DNA of 64,000 nt. Source: the human T2T-CHM13v2.0 reference genome, Homo sapiens. Below, one piece after another: positions 45,136 to 57,983 of this stretch (positions within the stretch are counted from its first letter, which is position 1; each line of letters opens with the position of its first letter). The notes under the pieces were generated by a model that worked only from the letters and a program-made list of their open reading frames with translations, was not told where the DNA came from and did not search any database. The position numbers and the translations under genes were made by a program. Location of the stretch: NCBI RefSeq assembly GCF_009914755.1, contig NC_060926.1, one strand, 5' to 3'.

Positions 45136-46822
45136 ATAGGCCTATATATCTTAGGCCAATTCCAGAAGATAAGGTTTTCCCCAGCCTCAGTCTCTGTATC
45201 CTGAGATTTTGCCAGATAGGTTATAGAAACTGAGGCTCTTCCGGGAAAACACCCAACTTCTTCACCACCCACAGAATTTAATCTTGTTGCTCTTAAGTAG
45301 CTGACTGGAGTATATTTGTCTGAAAGGTTTCTGAGCTGAGACCAGCACCAATGCAGGAATGCACTAGAATATAGATACGCAGACATACATGGATACACAG
45401 CAGACCTAACCATGTGTGGCCAGGACTGGAAAAGCTTTCTGCTCTGGAAGTGTCTTCCTTGTAGCACAAACAGCAGGTACATGGCATGTTTTTCCAGCTT
45501 CAGGACAGCCACCCCTAACCAAATCTAGGATGTGGAAGGGGAGGAGTAGCTGCCAAGTATGTTATAAAGTCCTCTTCAGGTTATAGCATATCTGCAGGAT
45601 CCTTAAGGACAAGTACGTTGTGATCTTGCCTTTCCCGTATCCCAACTGGGTAGACGTGCTACATGAGATACTTTCAGCAGCCTTACAAACGTTTCTTATT
45701 CTAATATACAGAATATGTTTTATTCTAATATATGAATATTGCATATTCATATATATTATATTAAATATATAATATATATATCGCTGACACCTAAAAGCCA
45801 TGATTATTGCTTAGAGCAAAGCTAAACTGAAGTAGAGAGCAAAGGTAGCCTGAATTAAAGTTTTTAAAAGCTTTCAAAAAGGTCCCTATAAATAGTATAG
45901 CTGGTGCATAGAGAGAGTACAAATCACGAAAGTGGTCTACTTTGGTGGAAAGTTTGCACAGGAATTTTGTGGTTCTTAAGAAAGTGGAATATGGGCAGTG
46001 AGCAGCCCTACTCTATGACCCTAACCACAACTTGTGACCCAAGAGACTATTGTAAATCTCTCCTCATTCCAATAATAAATCTATTTTGAGCTCTTCTTAT
46101 CTGCCAGGCTCTGGTAAAGTGCTCTGTGTACATTAGCTCATATACAGATACACTCAAAATATTTCCATTTATTCAAATATATCCCTCCTCCTCTTCTTCC
46201 TCTTTGTCTTCATCAAAATCTTCATCACAGGGCATTAGTGCTGGGTCCTCTGAAGGGAAACCGCCCTGGCACCATCAATCCTGCACCCTTTCCTATTGTA
46301 CTGAAGAGTAACAACACTAACTTATACATAAACCTATGTAAGAAACACCTACAATGGAATTGAAAACAAATCATTTGGCTTATTTCTGGCATGACTCCTG
46401 TAGTGCACAACCCCTTTTCTATCTCAATGCCTGTGCTTTTTCACTTTTGTAACAGGCAGAAGGACTGTGTACACATTACCTCACTGGAATATTTTGGAAT
46501 CTAACTACTTGATCTCTAGTACAGAAAGCCATTGTAGGAAATGTGAATTCTGATAAACAGATCTTTGTTTTAAGTTACACTCTGGTGTAACGTAAAATTG
46601 ATGTTATAAATTTTTTACATAATTATTTTATAATGGATACTCAGTAGACCTTTAACTCTGCCGTTACTTCTATTCCTAACATGCCACAAGAATAGAGGAA
46701 AAAATATGAACAACAGAATGCTTTTTAAAATGCTGATAACACAGGTCTACCAAGCTTTGAGCAAATGATTTCTATGGTGATTCATAGATTAGGTCCAGCT
46801 AGGTTGAGAGTGCTGAGGAAGA

Positions 46823-47553
46823 ACAGTACGGAGGTTCCTCAAAAAACTAAAAACAGAACGACCATCTGACCCAGCAATCCCACTACTAGATATATACCCA
46901 AAATAAAGGAAATCAGTATCTCAGTGAGATATTTGCACTCCCATGTTTATTGCAGCACTATTCACAATAGCCAAAATTTGGAAGCAAAGTGAATGTCCAT
47001 TAACAGATGAATGGATAAAGAAAATGTGGTACATATACACAATGGAGAAGTATTCAGCCATAAAAAAGAATGAGATCCTGTCATTTTCAACAACATGGAT
47101 GGGGCTGGAAGACATCATGTTAAGTGAAATAAACCAGACAAAGAAAGACAAACTTCACATGTTCTTACTCAATTGTGGGAGCTAAAAATTAAAACAATTG
47201 AACTCATGAAGATAGAGAGTAGAATGATGGTTACCAGAGGCTGGGAAAGGTAGTCGGGGATGGCAGAAGTGGGGATGGCTAATGGGTACAAAACTAGAGT
47301 TAGAATGAATAAGCTCTGGTATTTGATAGCACAACAGGGTGATTACAGTCAACAATAATTCACTGCACGTTTAAAAATAACTAAGAGTATAATTGGAATG
47401 TTTCTTTTAGTATAAACTAAAAGAAAGTTAAGTGTTTGAGGTATACGCTATTTACCCTGATGTGATAAGTATGTATTGTTTGCCTGTATCAAAATATTTC
47501 ATGTACTCCATAAAATATACACCTACTATGTACCCATAAAAAATTTTTAAAAA
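46823..47553 (+). mobile_element. L1MA-type 3' end (ORF2 C-terminus plus 3'UTR)
   Basis: ORF 46943-47185 MFIAALFTIAKIWKQ...DEWIKKMWYIYTME is L1 ORF2p C-terminus; degenerate TSD tgct(g/a)agga(a/t)gaa. Confidence 0.9.
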
Positions 47554-47789
47554 GCATGCTAAGGATGAAAGATTAGCTTTGTTTGTTTCCCAGTAAACTT
47601 CTCTAAAATAATAATCCCAAAACAGAACTTCTACAAATATTGAGTGTCTACTATGTACCCTCAGGCCTCCACAGACAAGCAAAAGAAGAAACTGAAGATT
47701 TCCCTCCAAAGATTAACTCACCTGTAAATTAAAGAGAGATCTGCCTGCCATATGTGCCTAAATTTAGAAAAAAAATTAAGGGTATTTTT

Positions 47790-48290
47790 AGTTAAAAAAT
47801 TTTTAATAGATGATACATACTCAATTCCAAGATACAAAAGGATAGATCATGGAAAATAATTTTCTCTCCCATCCTAGCCTCTCAGTTACCTCCCAGAAGG
47901 CAAACATTGTTACAGGTTTCATATATATAATTTGAATATATATACAAGTTCATATATACCATGTATACTTATTTTTCTAAAGTAAATCATAGTAGTTTAT
48001 ATTGTTTCTGCGCCTTTCTTTTTTCACTTAACAATATCTTGGAGATACTTCCCTATCAGTACATAAAGGGATTGTTTTAATCTTCTTCAAGGCCACATAA
48101 CAGTTCATTATATAGATGTACCATGATTGTGGGACATTAATATTGTTTCTAACCTTTTGCTAGTACACACATTGCAACAACCAATGACTTCACATGTAAG
48201 TACTGCATCTGTAGCATAAACTTCTAGAAATGAAATGACTGGATCCAAGGGTAAGTGCAGTTGCCAAATTGTCTTTCATGAGGGTCCTGC
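47790..48290 (-). mobile_element. Old L1ME-like fragment
   Basis: ttttcacttaacaatatcttggaga...ttctagaaatgaaatgactggatccaagggta...ttgccaaattg. Confidence 0.6.
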
Positions 48291-49299
48291 CATCAAATGG
48301 GTGTTTTATAATGAATGCACTGTTAACAGTTGCTATTGTGGTTGTTGTTTAAGTACTCATACAGTGGTAGGGCACAGTACTCTCCTCAGCAAAACCATGT
48401 AATAATGCTGTTTTTACAGACACCCCCACTTCATAGACTAGTTGTTAGCAAGAACAGTACATTGTATGCTACTCTACTTGAATTTTGTGGTTATAGAATA
48501 ATTGGCATGGTAACCAAGCCATGGTTTAGTTAGGCTTTAAAAAACAAACCTATATCTATGTATGTATATCCAATCCTTTTTCTTAATAAATCTAAAAGGC
48601 AGTCGACTCTGGAGTATGTGGAGTTTAGAAAGTGAAACTGACTAGAAACCAAGATGAAAGATAATCAGGCTTCCTCTTCAGTGCTGACTGCAGCAGACCA
48701 ACCAAATTATAAGAAATAAATTACCGTTAAAAAAATTCCCCGTTTTAATTACTGCAAATGTTAACGTGACTAGGTAAGAACTATTTTTAATCACCTATAA
48801 TTACACGGTTAGTGTACAGCTAAAAGCACGAAGTCAGTATCCAAAAGCCACAATTAAAAAAAACAACAACACTAAGACAAACTTTGCTTTTGTTTGAAAT
48901 GTGCAATATTTTTCCTTTACATGCTCTCTCTTCCCGAATAAATGCTACGTTTAGAATTGCTAGGGTTCCGCAGATACAGAAAGCCAGCTAGAAACATCCC
49001 TTCCCTGAATTCGATGGGCTTACGTCTTACCCAGCTTGAGCAAATTCTTGGCGAATATTTCATGAACTCACAAGAGACGAATTTGACATATTTAGAAGGG
49101 ATGTAAAATAAAGTAGTGTAGGTTTTAAAGCTTTAGAAAATTGGGGAATTCCTTGGGCCAGAGAGAGATCATTAGACCTGCAATTCATACTTGGAATTAC
49201 AAAGGGATACACAAAATTGAATTCTTCCCGATCATTGTGTATTAGCATCTCCCATTCTAGGTAGGATTTTTCGTTCACGATGAAGGCAAGGAGAGGGAG

Positions 49300-49880
49300 G
49301 GCCAGCTAGGTCCGCGGTCGGAGGAGTGTCTATAAATAGAAGGTGAAGTGTTCTAATACCGACAGGGTGCGTCATAGCGTCCCTCCCCCGAGCCGAAAGC
49401 GCCCAGGCAGCCCGCGGGAGCCACTGCGCGGCACCGGGACGCCCGCCCGGCTTCCCGCTCCCCGCCCTGGCCCGCGCCCCTCTCCCTCCTAGGAGCTGGA
49501 GACCTGCAGGCAGGGGCAGGGGACCCGGTCCTCTGCAGAACCCGAGCTCAGGGTTGCGTTAGACCCACTCCGGGGCGCACGGTCTTCAGCGGAGGGACGG
49601 CGGGGCGCGAAGGACCGAGGCGCCCCTGCTCGGGTGGCAGCCGATCGCCGCCTCCCGCATCCCCCGGCTGCCTCCCCCGTCCGGTCCTACCCTCCTCCCT
49701 GCCCGCGAAGGGAGAACAATAACCCGAGCGCGCCTGGGAAGCGGAGACACTGGGAGGCGGGCAGACAATGCGAGGGAGTTGCGAGGGGGCAGCCCCAGCG
49801 CACCGCGCGTTCTCGCTGTGTCCCAGCCGCGCCCGAGGGCTTGGCCTGGGGCAAGCGGGCCGCGGGGGCGCAGTAAGAGG
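49300..49880. promoter_or_regulatory. Orphan CpG island (promoter/enhancer-like)
   Basis: ~580 bp GC/CpG-rich non-repeat segment; CTATAAATAG at 49330; tgcgtca at 49367; cccgccc GC boxes. Confidence 0.75.
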
Positions 49881-50734
49881 CTACGTGGAAGATAATTTAG
49901 GTCTCTTGAAATCTAAAATCTCACAGCGTCTGTTCAAGGCCGGGGAGAATTTCCTCCAGTCTAGATAGAACATCAGCAGTTGGTTAAAATACACACAGAC
50001 ATGTGTGTATTTGGGTCCTTTTCTATTTTGGATCTGAATCTCTAAAGTCACTTTTGGAATTTCCATAAGCCTGTCTTTTTGTAAACAGATTTTTCTGGGA
50101 TTCCCCCACCCCGACTCCTGTCTTGCGCTGCTTGTTCTTCCAGCTTGACCCTGTCCAGGTATCCCTCCCTCTCTCCCTCCCTCCTTCTTTTCCTCCTTCC
50201 CTCTCTCCCTACACACATACATTTGCCCCAGTTTGCACCTTTTTTTTTTTTTTTTTTTTTTTTGGTGCTGCAATTCTTTCTCCCTTTTGATTGGCGCTTT
50301 CTTTGGGTTCTTCTGCCCTTTTCGAAGTGCTGGTTTTATTTCCATCCCTCTCATAATTTGTTTTCTCCAATTCATTTCCTCTTTTTTTTTTTTGTCACAA
50401 GTAACTGTATCTGCATGATTTTTTCTTCCTACTGCCATAAGTTCTGTTCCCTTAAGGGCTCAAGCGTTCCTGGGGTAGGGAGGGGACAAGAGAATTTCAT
50501 TGCATTTTATCTGAGGGAAATAATGTGTTGTAGTTCCACTTTCAGGGAGTCGGGGATACTGGGATTTTATACTTACATATGGGTCAAACCGTCTTAGCTG
50601 AATAAATCACAAACCTCTGTAATATCTAGGGTGCTTGGGTGCTTGCTTACAATAAAAAAGGCATGCAGGAAAAGCGGCGGTGGGGGGGGAAGTATTTTCA
50701 AATTAGGTCTCTAAATAGGGATTTTACAACATCC

Positions 50735-50880
50735 GTTTATTATTATTATCATATTATTATTATTTAGAAATGGGATCTCACCATGTTGCTCAGGCCGGTC
50801 TCCAACACCTGGCCTTAAGGGAGCCTCCCAACTTGGCCTCCCAAAAGTGCTGGTATTACAGGTGTGAGCCAGCATGCCAC
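50735..50880 (-). mobile_element. Alu monomer (FLAM-like) with (TTA)n tail
   Basis: ttattattatt...agaaatgggatctcaccatgttgctcagg...ttacaggtgtgagcc. Confidence 0.85.
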
Positions 50881-51709
50881 CCTCCACTTATCTTAAAGTA
50901 AAATTTTGATTATATAGTATGTGAAAGAGACTGGCATCTTTCATTCACCCATGAAGTGCCATCTCCTTGGTCTCATTTTTTTGCATTTGTCCTCATCTGC
51001 GGAATGTCTGGCCACTTTGCTGTTTCCTCTGGGTGTGGTTTAGAGTACAAAGTACAACCCTTTATCAACCAAGCAAATCAGAAATAGCTCCTAGATGTGG
51101 GACGTGAGAAAAAAATCAGGCAAAAGAATGGTTAACATTTTAACAAAAAGCATGCTGTTTGTGGCTGAAATATTTGGAGGTAAGAAGGTGTGTGAGTGGT
51201 CCCAGGGTGAGGGGGCGAGGTAGGAGTGGGGGTTGTGCAATTATGATAAATATCTAGGAGGCAGTTCTCTTTGCCAGGGCTGACCCCCAGGTTGGGCGGG
51301 GCCTGGACATAGCACAGATCACGTTTCTCCGCAAGTGATACCAGATAGAAATGAATGTGGTGCAGCCATGACAGAAAAACCTACAACCAGTGGCAGCAAT
51401 GACAACATGCAGAGATGAGGAAGAGTTGTCCAGCTGAGGAGAGAGAAGTGCAGGGTAACTGACAGGTTTGTCTTTGTGGGTACCAGCTCTGTATCAGGAG
51501 CCCTTCCTCCATCCTGCCACCTCTTCTGCCTGCCTAAGTTACCAAACCTGCTTTCTGCCAGCCAGGACCTAGATTGAAGGGGAATCAAGAACAAGCTATA
51601 GGTCATGAGCAATCCTAGCCCCACATGCCAGCCTCACACCCTTCAAAACATTGTAAAGATTTGAGCATCCAAAAGTCAGGTTCTAGCCAGCAGGGTTAAG
51701 ACTCTAAAA

Positions 51710-51990
51710 TAATAATCATATTGTATCAGTATTGAAATTTATTTTATGCTAGGTACTCTGCTATGTGCTTTAACACAGTATCTCATTTAATCTATGTGCT
51801 TTAATCTCAGTATCTCATTTAGCAACAAGAGGACTTTGAGATATATATTAATACTCTTATTTTACACATGAGAAAACCAAAGCAGAGAGGAGTGATTAAG
51901 GGTTTATTTGCCTTTGGTCACAAGGCTAATGAGTAGTAGACCAGGACTCAAACCGCTGTCTAGCTCCAAAGCCTGTAATATGAACCCCTC
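51710..51990 (-). mobile_element. MIR fragment with internal ~31-bp tandem duplication
   Basis: ttttacacatgagaaaaccaaagcagagagg...tttggtcaca; duplicated ctatgtgctttaa...agtatctcattta at 51761 and 51792. Confidence 0.65.
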
Positions 51991-52604
51991 TGAACAAGGA
52001 GGAGATAAAGGCCATTCCCAACCACGAGGACCTGAAAACTCATCATCTAGTGAGGGACAGTTGCAGTAGCTCTCTCTTATTTATCACTTAGGGGCCCAGG
52101 TCTGTTTTTACAGAGGTCTACAATTCTGCAAAGAGAGCACTATGACAATCACCTTTGTTCCTTTGGAACTTGATTCAGGTCCTTTTAAGGAGAATCTGTA
52201 AACCTGAAAGAGCAAGGATTTCTGAGAGGACCCTAAACTGTCCTAAGCTGTGCTATCAAGTTTGGGGAGCAAAGCCTTTATCTGCACAGAGCAGGAGAGT
52301 TGGCTCCTTCCAGCAGCAAGAGAGCAGATCCATTACCAGGAGCAGTCGCGGCAACAGCAGCTGTCAGCAGTGATGAGGCAGGCCCCGAGCAAGACGCTGC
52401 AGCTTGGGCAGCAGTGGCAAAAGATGAGGGTGGGGAGCAGTACAGTTGTAGTGGGAAGAGCCTTGATCAGAGACAGGTTGGCAACAGCCCCAGAGATGAG
52501 CCAACACTTAGGTCAGCAGACATTGGAGGAGTCCCAGACCCTACCGGATTGAGTGCAGGCAGCCACAGGCTGGAGGTGTTTGACTAGAAAAGAACAGTAG
52601 AACT

Positions 52605-52860
52605 GCAGTACTTAACAAGGACTCTGGAGCCAGCCTGCCTGCATTCACACCCTGCCTCCATCCCTTCCCCACTCTGTGACCTTAGACAAGTTCATTAACC
52701 TCTCTGTGCCTTAGTTTTCTTATCTGCAAAATGGAGATAATAATGCCACTAATACCTCCCTCATAGGGCTGCTGTAAGGGCTAAATGAGGGAAGGCTCAC
52801 AACGGACCGTCTTGGGCACATTGTAAGTCCTCTCTCAGTGTAAGGTGTTCTTATGATAAT
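52605..52860 (+). mobile_element. MIR SINE
   Basis: ggactctggagccagcctgcc...ctgtgaccttagacaagttcattaacctctctgtgccttagttttcttatctgcaaaatggagataataat. Confidence 0.8.
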
Positions 52861-53254
52861 TATTCAGCATGAACAGGCTGAGCCCCCTGGAACTGACAGG
52901 GTAGGAGGGCAACAGGGAGAGTCCCGCTTGGGGTGTCCATTCCCCCAGTAAGAAAATAAAGCAAAACCAGATAACAGACTGATGAGGTTGGAACTCCAAC
53001 AAAATCCTGGGTAGAAGTTTAAGTGTAGCGTAAGACCCTAATTCCTCCCCACCACTCCACCCTAGCCCCTGCCTTTTCTGTGCTGAAGACCCTGAAATGC
53101 AAATTCCACAGAATGAACAGCAGTGTGGGTGAGTAAACCAAGCATTGGACTAAGTGCCAGAAGAGTTAAGTACAGGTTGTACCCTTGAGTAAGTCACTTA
53201 ACTTCTTTGAGCTTAAATTTCCACGTTTGTAAAATGAATTAGGATGAACTCTGG

Positions 53255-53756
53255 GGTTGGGGTGGATCTTCCCATCATCCTTCCCTTCTTCCAGAAACTG
53301 TTTCTCTCCAGCCCCCAACTATTGGGATTACCATTTTCTTACATGACTCCATCCCCCTGGCCACAGTTGATTGGTCCATGAGTGGGCATCTGACACAAGC
53401 TGGGCCAATCAGAGGACTTCCCTGGGATTTTTTTTGTTTTGTTTTGAACTGGTACTGAGAAAAATCAGCACCTCTGTGGTGGTGAGTCTGTAAAAGTAGG
53501 TAGAGTGGGGCTCAGGACCATTTGGCAGCCCTATTTTCACCCTGTGAAGTCTAAGAAGCAAACATGCAGTGAAAAGCAGAGACAAGAGATAGGTCCCTCT
53601 GATGGCATTTGTATCAAGTGTTTCTGAGACCCACGTGTACCCTTGCCTTGCCTGCAGTTAAGTGGGACACTCAGATGTCCTTCCAATCGATTCACCCCTT
53701 TTGCCTAAGCTGGATCAAATTCGTTTTCTGTCACTTGCAAGATGCTGATTGATACA
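53255..53756. mobile_element. ERVL LTR (LTR33/LTR16-like)
   Basis: cccctggccacagttgattggtcc...gggcatctgacacaagctgggccaatcagag...ttttctgtcacttgcaa. Confidence 0.65.
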
Positions 53757-56564
53757 GACTAGTTTATTTCTAAGATACCTTTAACTCTAAATGTCTATGA
53801 TTTATATAAAAAATTAATGAATGGTGTTCAAATAGAACTATGTCTCTGAATTGTGGGTATTCATGCGGAATAATCAAAGGTTTGTTAAAAAAACTCTCAT
53901 TTAACTCACTTAAAAGGGTAGACTAGGTTAAAGATGATCTCTAGTCTTTTATTATATCTAAATGAAAGAAATAAATAGGTCAAGAGCTGGTGTTTTGGCG
54001 AACTGTGAGGAAATCAGCCATTAAGTTATAAAAATTGATTTCAAAACTGTTGACGTGGTGACCTGGTTTTGAAATTGAATTCATTTTTTCCTGTGACCAG
54101 TATAACACAAGAGGAGATTAGTAACTTTGGCTTGATGAAGAACAATAATTTAGAAAGGCTGGGTCACAATGTGGGTATTTTGACCTAAGTTACCTACATT
54201 GACTGTCTACACTACATAATCAGTAATGAGTGAGTGAAATCTCTCTTTTGGTTTAAACAGATAATGTAAATAACTAGCTAAGTCTCCCACTTCTGGTTTC
54301 TACTCTAATCGATCCACCTGTCTGTGTGTTATTAAAAATAACTTACATTTTAGCTTTTGGTAAATAATCTTTATTTAGGCTTCTTGAGCATTTATGGATT
54401 TCAATATGTAAAATTTTACATTTTTCCCATGGTAAAATAACTCAGTTATCTGATAACAATAAATCTTTCTATTTCACTTTTAAAAATATCCTAAAAATGA
54501 GCCCCCAAAACCTTTCTATTTCTAATGACCTCTTCTCAATATTAAATTTGAAATGTATGCACATGTGTCTATACTTACATCTGTAATTGTGTCTCAATAT
54601 TCTCATCCTACTATAGTAAATTCTTGGTAATTAGTGGTAGTGGGGGATGGTACTTTCATAGATAATGTTAATTGAAATCCATAGAAAATTATGAGTTCTC
54701 ATTTTTGCTGTTATTGTGATTTTAATCTCCTCCCCAGGGGGGAAAAAACTTTAAACCAGAGTTGACATGTGTAGTAGAAAAATTAGCTATTTTGGGTTTC
54801 ACCCACTCTTGGCCCACTTTTCTTAGTGGATGACCTCCCAAGATGTAAAACTGTAGGTAAGTTAGAAGTGGGAAGAGGCAGAGGAGGCTGGAGATTGTAT
54901 ATACCATTACTGAAATGTTAATACATTTGAATAACAAAATATTGGTGATGTGGGCTAAACCCAGGATATAGTGGCACCTGTTTACTAGCCTCAGACTCCC
55001 AAGATTCTCATCTGGAGCAGCGCAAAAACCCAGCTCTCCACATCATCCTTACTTACAAGTCGGAGCCCATGTAGCTGTAACTACTTTCGCTTTCTTTCCG
55101 CTTAATAAGTCTTGTATAATCCTTCCAGTCTGGGAATTCCTAATCAGCAGTCAGCTGTTCTCAGTAGCCTAAACTATATATAATACAACAACCCTTTCCA
55201 CCTCTACTTTGCCCCTCGCCCTTCTCCACCTTGAACTGCTCAGGGACCTTCTCACTCTGTTCTGATGTCCATCATGTCTTGGCCGCAGAGCATCTTGCTC
55301 AGTTGACTATTTCTTGCTTTATGTTTTGGTACCACTTCATTACAGAGGATCACTGGAGGACAGGTTTTCTAGGAGACAGCCCGTGGGCGGGGCCTGAGCA
55401 GGGAGCTCTTCCGGATTCGTGGCTGATCTTGGCTTTTAATCTTCTTTTGCTCTGATTACTGTGTATGGCCACGGGTGTCAACCATTTGTGCCTGTCCTTG
55501 GTACAGTTCCTGTTTTTGCCCAGGACACTTTGGATCATTCTCAGTACCCTTTTTCCACCCTTTTCTACGCACACAGCTAGAAATACCCAGCTCTACCTTG
55601 CAGATAGAAATACAGGCATACCTCAGAGATATAGCAGGTCTAATTCCAGACCACTGCAATAAAGCGAGTCATCCTAATTTATTTTGGTTTCCCAGTGCAT
55701 ATAAAAGTTATATTTACACTATGCTTGGTCTATTAAGAGTGCAATAGCATACGTCTAAAAAACAATGTGCATACCGTAATTTAAAAATACTTTATTGCTT
55801 AAAAAAATGCTATGATCACCTGCACCTTCATTGAATCACAAACTTTTTTGCTGGTGGAGGATCCTGACTTGATATTGATGGCTGCTGACTGATCAGGGTG
55901 GTGACTGCTGAAGGTTGGGATGATTGTGGCAATTTCTTAAAATAAGACAACAATGAGTTTGCTACATTGATTGACTCTCCCTTTCAGGGAAGATTTCTCG
56001 ATAGCAAGCAATGCTGTTTGAGAGCATTTGCCCACAGTAGAACTTCTTTCAAAATTGCAGCCAATTGTCTCAAACCCTGCCACTGCTTTATCAACTAAGT
56101 TGATGTAATATTCTAAATCCTTTGTTATCATTTCAACAATGTTCACAGAATCTTCACCAGGAGTAGATTCTATCTCAAGAAACCACTTTCTTTGCTTATC
56201 TGTAAGAAGCATTCATTCAAGTTTTATCATGAGATTTTGGCAATTCAGTCACACCTTCAGGCTCCACTTCTAATTCCAGTTCTCTTGCTATTTACATCAC
56301 CTCTGCAGTTACTTCCTCCACTGAAGTCTTGAACTTCTCGAAGTCAGCCATGAAGATTGAAATCATCTTCTTTGAAACTCCTGTTAATGTTGATATTTTG
56401 GGCTCCTCCCATGTATCATGAATGTTCTTAATATCATCTTGAATGGCTAATCCTTTCCAGAAGGTTTTCAATTTTCATTGCTCAGATCCATCAGAGGAAT
56501 CACTATCTATGACAGCTATAACCTTATGAAGTGTATTTTTTTTAATATTAAGACTTGAAAGTCA

Positions 56565-56865
56565 GGCCAGGCGTGGTGGCTCATGACTATAATCCCAGCC
56601 TTTAGGAGGCTGAAGCAGGAGGATTACTTGAGCCTAGGAATTTGAGACCATCCTGGGCAACACAGGGAGACCCTGTCTCTACAAAAAAAATTAAAACTTA
56701 GAGCAACATAGTGACGCATGCCTGTGGTCCCAGCTACTCAGGAAGCTGAGGTGGGAGGATGGCTTAGGCCTAGGAGGTTGATGCTGCAGTGAGCCATGAT
56801 TGCACCACTGCACTCCAGCCTGGGTAACAGGGTGAGACTTCGTCTGGAAAAAAAAAAAAAAAAGA
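56565..56865 (+). mobile_element. AluJ inserted in Tigger1
   Basis: Full dimer with TSD aagacttgaaagtca. Confidence 0.93.
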
Positions 56866-57938
56866 AAGACTTGAAAGTCAAAATTACTCCTTGCTCCATG
56901 GGCTGAAGATGGATGTTGTTTTAGTGAGCATGAAAACAACATTAATCTTCTTGTACATCTCCATTGGAGCTCTTGAGTGACCAGGTACATCATAAATGAG
57001 CAGAAATCTTTTTTTTTTTTTCTCTCTGAACAGTAGGTCTCAACAGTGGGCTTAAAATATTCAGTCAACCATGCTGTAAACAGATGTGCTGTCCTTCAGG
57101 CTTTGTTTTTCCATTTATAGAGCATAGGCAGAGTAGATTTAGCATCATTCTTAAGGGCCCTAGGATTTTCAGAATGATAAATGAGCATTTGCTCTGACTT
57201 AAAGTCATCAGCTGCATTAGCCCCTAGCAAGAGTCAGCTTGTCCTTTGAAGCTTTGAAGACAGGCATTGGCTTTTCTCTAGACATGAAAGCCCCAGATGG
57301 CATCTTCTTCCAATAGAAGGCTGTTTTGTCTACATGGAAAATCTATTGATTAATGTAGACATTTTTATCAAGGCCTGAGCTGGATCTGGATAACTCACTG
57401 CAGCTTCTCCATCAGCACTTGCTGCTTCACCTTGCACTTTTATATTATGCAGATGACTTCTTTCCTTAAATTTCACGAAACAATCTCTGCTAGCTTCAAA
57501 CTTTTCTTTAGCAGCTTTCTCACCTCTGTTAGCCTTCATAGAATTGAAAAGAGTTAGGGCTTTGCTCTGGATTAGGCTTTGGCTTAAGGGAATGTTGTGG
57601 CTGGTTTGATCTTCTATCCAGACCACTCAAACGTTCTCCATGTCAGTAATAAGTCTGTTCCACTTTCTTATCATTTGTGTTTTCAGTTGAGTAGCACTTC
57701 TAATTTCTTCAAGAACTTTTCTTTTGAATTCACAGCTTGGCAAAAGAAGCCTTGCTTTCAGTGTATTTTGGCTTTTGATGTGCCTTCCTCACTAAGTTTA
57801 TTCATTTTTAGCTTTTTATTTAAAGGGAGAGATATGTGACTCTTTCTTTCGCTTGAACACTTTGAGGCCATTGCAGGGTTACTAATTGGCCTGATTTTAA
57901 TATTGTTGTGTCTCAGAGAATAGGGAGACCCAAGGCAG

Positions 57939-57941
<3 letters not shown>

Positions 57942-57977
<36 letters not shown>
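57942..57977. repeat. (GA)n microsatellite
   Basis: agagagagag... tract inside Tigger1. Confidence 0.95.

Positions 57978-57983
<6 letters not shown>

Noticed and set aside
46180-46270. Minus-strand acidic peptide-like stretch (…PCDEDFDEDKEEEEEEG)
   Set aside because: Short purine-rich low-complexity tract, stops soon after, and lacks a convincing pyrimidine tract or donor.
49881-50597. 185-aa minus and 150-aa plus ORFs
   Set aside because: Driven by poly(T)/pyrimidine tracts giving poly-K/E or poly-F/L; no coding signature.
52250-52587. Gln/Ala-rich overlapping ORFs in CAG-rich sequence
   Set aside because: Non-ATG starts and no homology I recognise; may be a very old repeat.
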